Positions 36,773 through 49,466 are shown, counted from the whole stretch's first letter. The stretch is DNA of 61,285 nucleotides, filler included, from Rhabdomonas costata (GCA_019059605.1; 21 parts of 21 records of this genome joined end to end with filler, not necessarily neighbours in it); one strand, 5' to 3'. Numbers and translations are program-made. Notes: generated by a model from the sequence alone, not told the origin.

Positions 36773-37790
36773 CTAGCAAGAAAGCAGAGAAAGCAGAGAC
36801 AGCACGTTGAGTTTTGGTGGAACGCACGCCAGAGTGTGCCGTACGGCTGCAAGCAGCTTCCTGACGGCAGCATTGCCTTCCCCGACGGCACTGTGGTGGC
36901 GCCCGGGGGGTTTGTACGGCACCCCGACGGCTCCGTGCACGCCTCCGCCTCGCATCAGCTCGTGCAGCTCCCTGCGGGGGAGGTGCTGTACCCCGATATG
37001 AGCGTGGGATTCCCTGACGGAAGCCGGGTCTCTGCCTTTCTCGTTGTCTCTTTCCACCTCTCTCTTTCTCTCTTGTTTTGTTTTGTTGCTTTTCCACCTC
37101 CCCCAGCTTAGATTTCATTACTTTGGGGGGCTCGTGTGGTTCTTCGCCGTTTCCACGCCGCTTAGAAACTGTGCTCATACTTAGTGCCCATACTGTGTTC
37201 CTGTACGCGTCGATATTGCCCGTTTCACCACAAACCTGAGAGGTGGTAGAAGCGTTTCCGAAAACCACCATTTGGACTTACAGAGGTTTGGAGGGGGAAA
37301 TTGCATTTTCTGTCTGTATTGTCTACGTGTGCCTTCATAGAGATTCATCTGCTGATGTTTGTGGGATAATAATTGAAAGGCGATCCGCATTTGCCTTCGT
37401 AGCTGCTTGCGTCTCAAATTCTCTCTGTTAACATGAATCGCGCCATATCATTTTCTCTGGACTTAATGTTTTGCCTTTTGGATGTGAGAGGTATACGTGG
37501 CACTGTTAGCACTCTTTGACGCAGCGGTTCAAGTGAGCATTACACAGTACTCGTGAACATTAGGAAAAGGGCGGAATTACCAGCTCGAAACAGAGCAGCG
37601 GCAACGCCCCACAGAGCAACACGCAAAAATGCAAAAGGAAGGAATGGGAAGGAAGATCACGAGAAGTGTCCAAATACCAGTTCCGGCACGCTCATCTTTG
37701 AGCTGCTTATGTTATTGTTACGGTCCGTTTGGTTTGGCCCGCAGCTCTTCCCAGATGGCTCCATCAAGGAAGCGGAGCCTCCTGCAGGCG
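36773..37790 (+). CDS. Protein with repeated (L/F/H/Y)-P-D-G beta-hairpin motifs, partial (exons 36773-37027, 37745-~37790)
   Basis: KQLPDGSIAFPDGTVVAPGGFVRHPDGSVH...QLPAGEVLYPDMSVGFPDGSR/LFPDGSIKE, joined in phase by GT-AG. Upstream candidate exons lie near 35746 and 36132. Confidence 0.6.
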
Positions 37791-38348
37791 TCTCGGCCCC
37801 GACTCTGGTGTGCGTCTGTCCGCATGCTAACTATGCTCGTGTTCGCCTGAGACGTTTTCTTTGTACACTGAAAACGTCTCAGGCGAACACGAGCATAGTT
37901 AGCATGCGGACAGACCCACANNNNNNNNNNNNNNNNNNNNNNNNNNNNNNNNNNNNNNNNNNNNTTAATTAATTAANNNNNNNNNNNNNNNNNNNNNNNN
38001 NNNNNNNNNNNNNNNNNNNNGGTGGGTGTGTGTCTGTGTGTGGGTGTGTGGGTGTGGGTTTGGGTGTTGGGTGTGAGTTTGGGTGTGTGTGGGTATGAGC
38101 GTATGGAATGCACGGAAACCGTTTAAAGGAAGACGGAAACGTTTTTGCTAGATGGGTGGTGTTTTTTTTTTCGAGTTTTGGGAAGATCAAGATTAAGTCG
38201 ACATGATGTAGCAGATCGTGTCTCACGTCAATTGGAAAAGGGTCGAGTTGGTACTTTGTACTTATTGCGATGACGGATTGTGTGTAATTCGGTTTGAATG
38301 CAGTGGAAGGCTCTTGAGCATCACCAGTGTCCCGTTTTTATCTTCCAG

Positions 38349-40841
38349 GTCTTCGCGTGTAGCCGGATCCCTGGCGAGCACCGAGATGTCCTGATCACAT
38401 ATACCACAAGGCCGCCCAGCAAGCGCTCCAAGACCTCCAAGACGACGACGTACGAGTGCATTGACCCCACCCACGTTCTGGTGTGCTTCTTGGATACGGG
38501 TGGGGTGCTCACTTTTTAACGTGAATTTCATTTTCATCGCCTGAGTATGAACGAGGGGGAGGGCTCAAGGTCGACACAATCTTCTTTGTCTCAATGGACA
38601 CATTCTATCCCTCATTTTTTGGGTTGACATGCTTGCACCTGAATTCAGGGTAATCTTTCCGAGCGTTCGGGCGGAAGTGCTTTCCCGAGCGAGCCCTGCC
38701 ATTGGGTTTTTCGGAACTCCACTGGAACGCTTTTACGCTTTTGTGATCTAGGGCGATTAAAAGAAAGGGGGCGTGTATGGCACGTGAGTTTTCTTTCATG
38801 AGAAGGGGGCGAAAATTCGGGGGGGAGGGGGTGATACGCCCCCCTCGCGTCCCAGGTGATGTGCAAGAACCGCTTCTTCTGGTTCGACGTCTTTCGCAAC
38901 GGCTACCTGATCTCCCTGAGGGAGCTCGAGGTGGCGCTGATGCAGATCACTGAGAAGTGTGAGGAGGACCACTCCCAACAGGCCCCACCTGTGGGTTTGT
39001 GCCCCCCCCATCGGAATTCTTCTGCTCACGCCATCGCATGCTTTCTTTTTGTGGGTGTATGCGTGCGTGCATGGTGCGCATGGGAGCCTTGGATGCGCAA
39101 GTGTGCGGACAGTGTAGAGCTGGTCAAGTTGTGATGCTTTTTCCGTATGAAACTGCTTTCCGTTGGCAAGACGTTGACAACTACTCGCTCCGCTTAGTAG
39201 GAGTTTTTCGAACTCTCACAACATGGGTTTTCCCAGCAAGCATGCCATTTGCCTGGTTTTTATGGTTCGGAAGGTCTTTTGTTAACGAGAAGCTTTTCAG
39301 ATTGCGCTGTTTTGCAGGTGTTATGACTCTCTCTGTCACAATATGTCTTTTCTTGGATGTCATCCAGGGATCTTCACAGCTGGGCCCCGGACGGCATGGT
39401 ATCAGATTCGGGAGAAGCTGATCCGCACCTCTGAGATCAATCTGGTACGCCCATGCCTCATTTGGGTTGGGATTTTGACGTCACCCATGCAGATGAAGCA
39501 GTAGGGCTTTGTGTTAACGGTGACATCACCACTCCTTCTCCGTATTCTCAACGTACACCTCCATTCTTTGCATTAAAAAGACAAATAAACATTCCGTGTC
39601 CCCTCAGGTCTCTAGTCAGCGTCTGCTTGCCGATCCCCATTGCTTGACACAGTGACAGAGCCTGCACTTTGGGGTGATGTCCAGAAAGCCGAAAAACGAG
39701 ATCATATCGCGTTGGAATCTCAGAGCGGGACATCAACCGACAGAATGTCAGTGCCAGTCTGTATTCTTTGCACCCAATTCATGTTTGTGTGATTTGAGCA
39801 CGGATGGAGCACTGTCAAACCGCGGTTCAATTCGCCAAGTCAGATTTCTCAGGAACCTTTGCCCTGCAGGAGGGCGGTGGTCCGCACTCGAAAAGTAGCG
39901 GGAGAAAATTGCAAAGCCCACTGGAGGCAGAAAGACCTCTACGAAGAGCTGCAATTCCTCGTTCACGCGCTGGGAATGTGGATGTGAGGGTGGGTGCGAG
40001 TGCGAATTTGGGACTGCCAGGCCTCCCTGGAGAAGATCCAGAGCGCGATTATGGTGCTGTGCCTGGACACCTCTGAGGCTCTGGACACGGACCAGCTTTC
40101 CTGCCTGTGCCTGCACGGCCCAGGCACCAACCGGTGGTTCGACAAAACCAACCTCATCGTCACCAAGAATGGCAAGGTGGACCCCACCCCTCCATGTGTC
40201 CCCATTCCCATTGTCCTCTGCCTCCCACATGCCATTCGGCCCAATATGACCCCATCTGGTTGTATCCGGCGGTATCAATGATAGCGTCCCTGGGCAGATT
40301 TAGTTGGGTAACTCGAAACCGCAGGCCAAGAAGCTCTAGTTCCCAATGTCAAAGGAATGCAAAGTGTCCCTTGCATTCTTCTATCCGTGGACTGCCTGAA
40401 TTCCCAAATCCTTTGCATTCAACAGCAAAAAAAAGATTCCCTCACCAAACGCACTTGCTGTTGAATTTCGTCACACCTTTCGGTTCATTTTTTATGTTCA
40501 CTTGGTTTCGGCCAAAATAAGTGGTCCTCCCCCCCCCCCTCATTTCCAACGAGGCCCCCGACGATTGCTGAGGTTCCGGAGGTTGACTGAGGAGGCAAGA
40601 TAGGCCCAAGTGGTAGAACCCCCAGAACATTGATAAGAGGAAGAACTGCAACTGTACGGGGAGAAGGGATGATAGGCAAAATCCCACCTATTTGGCAGGC
40701 GGGCATGAACTTCGAGCACGCCGCGGGGGACGGGGCGACCACCCTTCGAGTCGCCGATGAGATGTACACGTACAGCGTCAAGGAGGGCACCTCGGCCGCC
40801 GGGGTCCACCCCGACGTGGGCGCAGAGTATCCCACACCCCC
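38349..40841 (+). CDS. Choline/carnitine O-acyltransferase, internal exons 38349-38480, 38856-38994, 39368-39444, 40021-40176, 40699-40841
   Basis: FACSRIPG..RD, HVLVMCKNRFF, VGIFTAGPRTAW, SLEKIQSAIMVLCLD, LHGPGTNRWFDK and the catalytic GMNFEHAAGDG. Four GT-AG introns join in phase. Confidence 0.93.
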
Positions 40842-41067
40842 NNNNNNNNNNNNNNNNNNNNNNNNNNNNNNNNNNNNNNNNNNNNTTAATTAATTAANNN
40901 NNNNNNNNNNNNNNNNNNNNNNNNNNNNNNNNNNNNNNNNNTTCGGTAGCAAACAATGCTGGACGCGCTCAACATCGTTTGACTAACTTGGAGAATTTGT
41001 TGGACGCACCTTTACTTGTTCTGAAGTTGAATATCGTTTATTTTTTGTGGAAACACAGCAATATATG

Positions 41068-43760
41068 TAGTATCGTAGGTATCTGCATGTCCAGCGAGGA
41101 AACGGATTTCAAGAAGGTGGACGTGAAGACCTCGCGGCCCGGATCCCGAGGAAGAGGGGCATATGCGGTGAACACCCGTAGGCCCAGAGGAAGTACGGGT
41201 CGGCGAGGCACCAGTACACCATGGAGGCGAGCCATTGCATGAAGCCGGCGCCAAGCTGAGCCTTGGGAGACACGGCCATCCCAGGTGAGGCCAAGACACC
41301 CACTCCAGCGCGATCGCCATGTCCACCTGGGCGGCGAGCAGAGGTTGCAGCGCCATGATGAAGGGCATACCCTAAGCGGCCTAGTGCCGAGGAGGCATGC
41401 TCCAAAGGTAAACGAGCCAACTTAGTCTCTTGCACCGCCAAAAGATGTAAATTGAGGGGCTCCACAGAAGAAAGGCGGTGCTGAGTCCACCAGGAAACAT
41501 TCCAGGTCCCCAACTGGATGGGCGCTTCCCCAGGAGCCCCCCGGCCTCCCCCACAACAAGAGCTAGACATTGGTGGGAGTACTCCCACCCGAAGAACGCC
41601 GACGCTCCCAGAGAGGTCAACTGGAGGGGAACCACCAGTACCCGCGGTAAGCGTCCGCACTGCGGGAACGCTTCGCCTGAGAGGCACGAAGTTGAAGTCG
41701 GAGCTCAGCACAATCTGCCAAAGTGGCCTGCAGCCTCTCTTGAAGAAGAGCGTACTCGTTCCGCTGAGCCAACAGGGACTCCGTGAGGCGACTCACCTGG
41801 ACCACTCAAATCGGGTGGCGTCGACCACCATCGCTTGAGGCGCAATGCCGGAGGAGGTCCGCTCGGCCTCCCCAGAAGGGGGAACTGGCTGATACGGCAA
41901 ACGGCCAGGGGTGCTGGGCGGCGGCTGGGGCTTGGGCTTGGGCTTGGGCACCGGCTGCAGAAAGGAAGTGATTCCACTGCTCCGCGGTGAGCGCTTCCCA
42001 AGGGAGGGAGTCGAAGTTGACGCGTGAACCTGTTCCCTCAAAGGGGAGCGAGACAGCACGGCAGGCACCGCAGAAATCGCAACAGGAGCAGAGTGGGCGA
42101 CCTCGCCGCCGCGAGGACGACGGCGCAGAGGGATCTCGGCATCCTCGGGTACCACAAGAGGAGCGCCCGTAGCGGGAGCGCGAGCAATAGCAACAGACCC
42201 ATCGTCCGCATCCATCAAGTCCTCGGGAAGAGGTGCGCGGCGTACCCGATCAGCCCATGTCACCCTCTCAGCCTGGGACAAAGGACGACGGGGACCAATA
42301 GAAGGGCCCGTCGGAGGAATAGAAATAGCAGGCTGAGGGGTTGGACGCCGAGGCTGCAGCAGTTTAAGGAGCACGGGACGCGAGCCGATGCCGAAGAGGC
42401 GCCACTCCTCCTGGGAGGCCTTCGACAGGTCCTTGCCCGTCACCAGAAGGTCGGCCACTAGGGAGTCGTAGGTGGTCCGCAACACCCGCTGGTGCACTAC
42501 CGTGAGGTCAGGGTCAACCCGCGCCGTCAACAGGGCCAGTTTGTCCAGCATCGCGAGCGGAACGTTCGAGGCCCGAAGCGTAAACTGGCGAACAGCGGAA
42601 GCCTTCACCGTGGCGCCGAAGTCGCCCTCCAGGCACTGGCGTAATGCGCCGCAGTCCACCGATTGGGGCATCCGGATTCCCAGCTCGCCGCGCCGTCGAG
42701 GGCAGACCAGCCCGGCGTGCTCCACCTTGGCTTCCCGTAGGCCAGTGACCACCAGGTCGCTGAAGCGATCCACCTTCGCTCAGACCACTTTGTGACTCCC
42801 CACACAATAGCCCTCCGGTCACGGGAAATCGGAAGAATTCCCCAGCCAAGGGCGCACAAAGACGCCGCGCACGCAGCCCGAGGCCAGAAGTAACCGCCCC
42901 GCCAGTGTAAAAGGAAGATCAACGTGCCCAACGAGGCGGTCTCCTTGAACAGTCAGCCCCCGTAGTGGGGGCAGTGCCACGGAGATAGAGGTGGCGGCCA
43001 GCAAGTCCGACAGCGCCCGACGAGCAAAGGCAGCAGGGACGCGTCCACCTTGGGGCCGCTGAAGGAGGTCCACCTCCAAACAGATCCGGGTGACCCCAGC
43101 CCGGTCCGCGGCCTGCAGCTCCTTCCAGGTACGGGCGGTACCCACTTTGCGGAAGGACGGCACCTCGGGCAGGTCAGCCTTCCGCACCACCGTCAGGCCC
43201 ACCAGAGCCTGCCGAAGAGGAAGAGGTACTCTCCTCCCAGCGCGTGGGAGGGACAGTACGCTCCGACGCCGGGTAGTGGAGCAGGGTCGGCGCCTCCGCG
43301 AAGGTCACGACGGCAGAGATCCCCAAGGAGGGAGCCCGCCCCGTAGTGAGGATAGGGTCGGCCTGAGCAGAAAAGGAGGCCCAGTCGCAGGCCTCGTCGA
43401 CCACACTGCGGGGAACAGTGAGGGCCACCAGTACGCCCGTGACGACGGGGTTGTTGGCCAGCTCGTGCTCCACCCGGTCCTGCAAGCGGGTCAGGTGGTG
43501 GGGCAACACCACAAGGGGCAAAGACTGGAAGGCCGAGCCCCACCGGAACTTGGGGGCAATCTTCCATAGATCCGCTGACCCCACCGCGCCCCGAGAGACC
43601 TCCGATTCAAGCAAGTCGTCTCCCACAATGTGGGAGACCCCCAGCTCCTTAATCAGCGCCGTGCGGCCAGCCGCAGTAAGGCGGCGGCGATGTAAGCGGA
43701 GCAAGGCGTCCGGGCCCAGGGCGAGGTTGACCGTGTAACCCGCAGCCTCCAGCTCCGTCC
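41068..43760 (-). mobile_element. Degenerate non-LTR retrotransposon: long ORF1-like region plus N-terminal half of an APE-type endonuclease
   Basis: An intronless, GC-rich chain of overlapping frameshifted ORFs (43704-43174, 43202-42819, 42931-42605, 42773-41793, 41711-41109, 41235-41038) leads to IQLGTWNV...LLAVQETKL...AGVGVL...VFTAYAP...PTIL, the APE/EEP motifs of LINEs. Confidence 0.8.
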
Positions 43761-43862
43761 NNNNNNNNNNNNNNNNNNNNNNNNNNNNNNNNNNNNNNNN
43801 NNNNTTAATTAATTAANNNNNNNNNNNNNNNNNNNNNNNNNNNNNNNNNNNNNNNNNNNNCG

Positions 43863-45857
43863 GTGCTCCCCCAAGCGGTGGTTGTGTGGGCTTCCTCTGC
43901 AGAGGTTGCGGTTCGGGTGATTGCGGCAGCCAAGACGCAGTGGACGAGCTCCCTGGGCATTGTGTACCTTTGCCCATCGATTGTGGGAGATGGCTTTCTC
44001 TCTCTGCTGTCTTCCAGTTTGGCCGATATCAGCGGCGTTATTGTCAGCCAAGTGTTGCCTCCGTTGACGTACACCTCACACCCACTTGTAGCGCGGTACC
44101 TAAATGCCATGCAGAGCTACGGCTCCTCAGCGCAGCCCTCGATGCTGTCGTTTGAGGGCTATGTGAGTGCTCGTCTTTCCATCACCATTCTGCAGAGTAC
44201 GAGTGCCGCCTTGATTCGAGACCGCACTGCCTTTCTCCGAACCTTGTACCGCAGCTCTAGTTTTGTTCTAGACACGCTAAGTGCAGGGCCCTTCCTTCAA
44301 GGAAGCTGCAACCTTGGGGTGCGGCAGGTTTGGATTACGCAATGCACAGCCTCTGGGCTGATAAACCTTCCGCAGGCCACGTTCAGCTTTGGGAGCTCAT
44401 GCCCCTCCGTGGCAGAGACGAGTTTGAGGCAGCCCGTGGTGTTTGCGCACATCGTGCCTCCTTCGTCGGAGATTGCTTCCTTGCATGCCCTGGGCATCCG
44501 TGCGGGATTCGAGGAGCTCAACCGTGGAAGTACATCGGTGACGCTTCATTCGGTTCAAGTAAGCTTTGACCCGCAAAGCACGGGAAGCAGCCTTGCGCAG
44601 CAACTGAGCAACTATGATGCCACGGCGGTGATTTCGAGCTTGGCAGACCCACCGATGGTAAGTGCTGCCTCCTCGGCGTTGTCCTTGAGCACTGTGTTTG
44701 ACAAGCTGATGTGCTTCTCCATCCGAGGCCCCCCCACCCCCGCAGCACACCGCCCGGTGAGCGCTCTGAGGGTTTTCCTTGGGAGCACGCCGCGAGACGA
44801 GGCATTTGCAATGATGCAGTTCATTAAAAATACACTTGGGATGTCCCAGGTGGCCTTGGTTTACGAATCTGTCAGCCGCTCTTCGGAAGTTCTTGCCGCC
44901 ACCAGTCTGGCCGCAGGGGAGTACTCCACCACGGTGGTATCGATGACAGGCTACAGCCGTCCTCTGAGCAGCGGGGCGTCGGTGGCGGCTGCGTGTGCCT
45001 CTGCGGAGGCGGTGCTGATCAGCGGCACCAACTCCAGCGATATCATCGGCATTATTTCTGCGATAAAGGTCTCTCGGCCAGCGCAGCCTGTGTTTGTCTT
45101 TCTATCGGAGATCGAGCCCATGAACGTGATGGGCGGGCTGTCTTTGGGAGTGGTGGGGGTGTACTTTGTGGAGTTTCTGCCCTCGCCCAGCTCCACCACG
45201 GAGCAGATCAGCGTGCACAGCCGAGCAGAATTACAGCAGCTGAACAGCTCCTTGGGCCCCCGAGTGAGCTTTTCCGGGGTGGAGGGGTACGTGGCCTCGC
45301 AGCTGGTGGGCCAGCTGGTGGGCAGTCTGCAGGGCTCCATTAGTGCGTCCGGGGTGAAGCAAGCGCTGTACGGCTCCTCGGTGTTCAGTGTGGCTGAGGT
45401 CCGACTGGGTCCCTATGTGGACTCCACGTGTGTTTCGTACAGCAAAGGTGCGAGCTGCCAGTGCGACTTGGGGGCAAGCAGAGTGAGTCTTTTCCAGCGC
45501 AGCGCTTCTGGGAGCATTGAGACCATTCCGGAGGGAATGCTGAGCTTCGACACCTGTGAAGTGCAGCCCACGCCCTCCGTTCCTTCCGGCTCGAATACAT
45601 GGTCCAGTGGTTTCGTTGCTGGTGTCATTGTTGCGGCGATTGTGGTTATTCTTGCTACGGGAGGATCTATTTTATACATGATGTTGGGGAAGAAACGGTC
45701 TCGGGATGCCGCGATCAAGGCCGCTCCCAAGGGTGAGGTCACGATTGTGTTCACGGATGTGCAGGACAGCACTCGGCTGTGGGACGTTTGCCCCGGGATG
45801 CACGAAGCCCTGGACACCCACAATGATGTAATGAGACTGCTGATTCAGCGCTATCAG
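43863..45857 (+). CDS. Receptor-type adenylate cyclase: periplasmic-binding-protein (Venus flytrap) ectodomains, one TM helix and start of catalytic domain (partial)
   Basis: A 665-codon exon has two related PBP C-terminal motifs (SFEGYVSARL and GVEGYVASQL, each followed by GP(F/Y)...C.LG), the TM segment GFVAGVIVAAIVVILATGGSILYMML, and then APKGEVTIVFTDVQDSTRLW...ALDTHNDVMRLLIQRY. It ends at the donor CAG/GTAC at 45857. Confidence 0.9.
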
Positions 45858-47488
45858 GTACTTCGAATATTTAGGACAATTTTAGTTGGGGAGTGGAGGG
45901 GGGCGTTAATTGTTTAACGGCTTTAAAAGATTTGGACATTGTGGATCAAATGGGACAGCATTAGGGGCGGAAGCCAGCCCGCGGTGCAGCCGGTGCGGCC
46001 GGATGAGGCGGGAATGTGCCATGTGTGGGGGGTTTTGCATGCAACAATTTGACTTTTGCTGTTTAACGGTGTTTGTCACCACAAGCCATTTAACAGCGTT
46101 AAATGGCTTGTGGTGAGCCGGCACCGCGCGGTCAGCAGTGTTACAGTCAGCAGTGTTACAACATTGTCCGCGACACAGGACCGGTAAGAGTCTTTATCTC
46201 TCATATCAGCATATTTGCTTCTTGTGCACTATGTTCTTCTTCTCGGATGTTCCGATGTTTTCCAGATCATCTGGTGACATTAGCTGCTGCTTGCGCTGCT
46301 CACTTTTTACATGCCACATGATCCAGCGGCTACAATGCTTCATCCTAAAACCACCGCTACCCCAAACTATCCCTTACGCAAGATCGAAAGAGGCAGAGAG
46401 CTGAACATTGTATGAAACATTTCCCCATCAATAGTGCATTTGTTTCCACGAAAATGTAATGTCCCCAAAGCATTCTCCCAAATGACACAGGTCGCAAGCA
46501 GAAGTTGGATGCCCGAACCAAACCATCTCAAATACAAGACGAAAGCCATGAAGCAAAGAGGGGCACTCATCCACTCTTTGGCACCCATCCACTCAGTGGT
46601 ATAGTCGTTGATCTCGACTGGTGGGACTGAACGGCCGTTGAGGGAAACATTAGGAAACACACTCGTCCAGACTTCACCCNNNNNNNNNNNNNNNNNNNNN
46701 NNNNNNNNNNNNNNNNNNNNNNNTTAATTAATTAANNNNNNNNNNNNNNNNNNNNNNNNNNNNNNNNNNNNNNNNNNNNTCTGCCCCCCCCCCCCTGCCA
46801 TCCTCCCCCTGGCGCGCCATTCATTTGGGCTTTGACTTATTCGGACATTTACAAGTTTGCCGGGTTTGTCGGGTTCGATCTGACTAGGATGGCCCTTGCC
46901 ACTTCCTCTAAGGGTTATGACCATGTCTCCTTTCCTAGATCCCAGCGCAAGTTTCTTTTTGGAATGGAAGGAGTGGGGATGTGGTCAGGAGGGGATGCAC
47001 CCTCCCCTGGATCTGGGGTGAGAGCCGACCATTGTTATGTGGCATAATTGTGGCTTATGAAACCCTCACTCACCCAAGAGAGCGAAGCAACTGTCCTCTG
47101 GTTACCCGATAGAAGGCTTCGCAGGGACCCCCTGGGACCTTGGTGCCTTCCCTGTGTGCTGCTGTGTTGGAAGTTGGAAGGGGTCCACAGCAGTGTTGGA
47201 TTCGCTTCCCATATCTTATTGCCTTTTCAGTGCCCAACTCGCAGGAACCGTAAGACCATTTCCGAGGGAACTGCTGTCACTCCCTTATACCGGGGAACCT
47301 CCTCAACGCCGCTCGGGCTGGAGGGACTGTCCGGGGCGGGGGCGGAGCTGTTGCCTGTGTGGGGCCAAAGAAGGTAAGCTGGATGAGGCCACTCGAGTAA
47401 CCACCAATACGCTCTGCCGTACGCCCAGTGCGTCCTGTACCGTAGGTCTAGCACTTTGTTGGTCTGGAGAGTGGTTTGCGGGAATCAG

Positions 47489-49270
47489 GTGGAGCTGCTG
47501 TACTTTGTATTGATCTACTTCATCGTTTTGAATGGCTTTGTGATGAGCTTCAACATGGCCTTCGGGGACGACGTGGAGGCGTGCAAGGACTGGGTCACCA
47601 CCACCCTGACCCTGTTCCAGTGCCTGTTCGGGGTGTTCGCGTATGGCCCACTGCGGCAGTCCAACCGGGCCCTGGCCCCAGTGCTCTTCCTGAGCTTCTG
47701 CCTGCTGATGTGCTTCATCCTGAGCAGCATGTTCATCGCTATCCTGAACGGCTCCTACGAGGGTTCGTCTGTTGCTTAGACCGGAGCACAAACCGTGACC
47801 GGAAGGGCACAAACACATGCAGGGATCCTCCGATTTTTCGTACACGACAGAATTATGAAAAGATATATGGAAAACAGCCGAAGCATTCAAATTTGCAAAA
47901 ACGCGGAAAATTTTCGAAAATTACCAAAAAAAAAACTATTACATTTATTAAAAACAAAAAAATTATGGGAGGTCGGGCGTGCTATGCGCTCCTCACCACT
48001 AACAAAAATCACCACCCTTAAAAAATGATGAAACTCCATCAGAGGCGGAAAGAAGTGAAGCAGAACCCCTTTTGCCCCCACCCCCTTCCCTCTGTCTGCA
48101 ATGGAATAGTTGACGTCCAAAATGATGTATGGCCGATCTCCTGAAGGGGTTTCTCTTCAGCGGCCTTTCCACAAGCCTTTAACTTCTTTGTGGTATCAGG
48201 CATCCCCGTATTTTGAATGCCAAAAACCTACAAAAGAAATATCCACCAAACTGGAGCGCCGGCAACGACCGGTCCAAACCTCTAAGCTCCAAACTTTGGC
48301 TTTAGGATCGCCGCCAAATGCAAAGGAGTCCTTCTGGATTTCTTCCCGAAAGGAACGAAAGGGGTACCCCCATCCCCCGCTCCCTCCGTTTTGCAGAGGC
48401 CCTGGAGCAGGAGCGCCACGAGCGGGACAACTACCTCAGCTCCGCGCTGAAGCTGCTGCTGCGGCACATCCGGGTGCGGTACCTGGGGTTCTGCCTGGGC
48501 AGCAACGACAACGTCACCAAGGTCCACCTCCTGCTGCAGCTCTTCGAGCACCTCGACGGCCTCGAGGAGGCCAAGAAGGACGAGGTGTGATGTGAAAGCC
48601 GTGGGGCGGGGGATGGCGTTGGGGTTGGGTGACTTCGGCCCCCCGCGGATGCCAAGCTCAAAGGAAAACGCTGAATTGAAGCGGAAGTGGGACAGTGTTT
48701 TATTTGCACAATGTCATCATTCGCACCCTCCGAAGGAGGGAAGAATGAAGCTGTGCTTGCTGTGGCTTCGTCCGTTTGTTGCTTTGTTTTTAGAGATGTT
48801 CAACGCAGCCGATCAAAGCGAAAACGCTGTCCGGATACTTGTGAAAGGCGACAGCTGCAGTTTCGCGTCACTTGCTGCATACTCTTTGTCGGCGAGCTCT
48901 TACAGCTTCCATACAAATCCTGTCCCTGTCACTGTGGAAGGTCGGTGCAGGAATGAAGCAGAATGAGTGACGCAGGGTTTTCTTTTTAGGGTATGTGCCA
49001 TTTATGTAACGTGTTTTGCTGTACGTCCGGAAGAAAACTCGGTGTGCTCTTTTTTTGTGGACTGTACTACAAAAAAGGTCCCCCCCCCCCCTTTTTGTAC
49101 ATCGGTTTGTTCTTCTTCCAGATTCGGGCGCTGCGGCGGGAGATCGACCACGACGCGGACAATGCCGGGCTGCTGGCACGGATCGTCCGCGAGCTGGGCC
49201 ACCGGAACGCGACCACGCTGCAGCCCAAGGACTACACCACGCTGCGCAACACCGTCATCACCTTCAAGAG
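47489..49270 (+). CDS. Polycystin-2 (TRPP/PKD2)-like cation channel, S5-pore-S6 and C-tail; exons 47489-47762, 48397-48584, 49122-49270
   Basis: LLYFVLIYFIVLNGFVMSFNMAFGDDVEACKDWVTTTLTLFQCLFGVFAYGPLRQSNRALAPVLFLSFCLLMCFILSSMFIAILNGSYEE parallels the PKD2 S5/pore/S6 consensus (FG..V..F...TLF...LG.F......NR.LGP.....MFLAIINDTY). Confidence 0.85.
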
Positions 49271-49466
49271 GTGTGTATGTGTGGGAGGAACCATGCCATA
49301 CCACGTCTGCCGGGATGTCCCGGGGATGATCTGAGGGTTATTTTCGCTTGGTGCGTGCTGTCCCTGCACTGCGCGTTGCTCTCTGTGTTTGCCAGATGCG
49401 CAGGTGCCCTGTTGCGGCTATGGGTCCTCCTCTCCAGGAATTGGGAGTTTGATAAATCTTTTCGTA

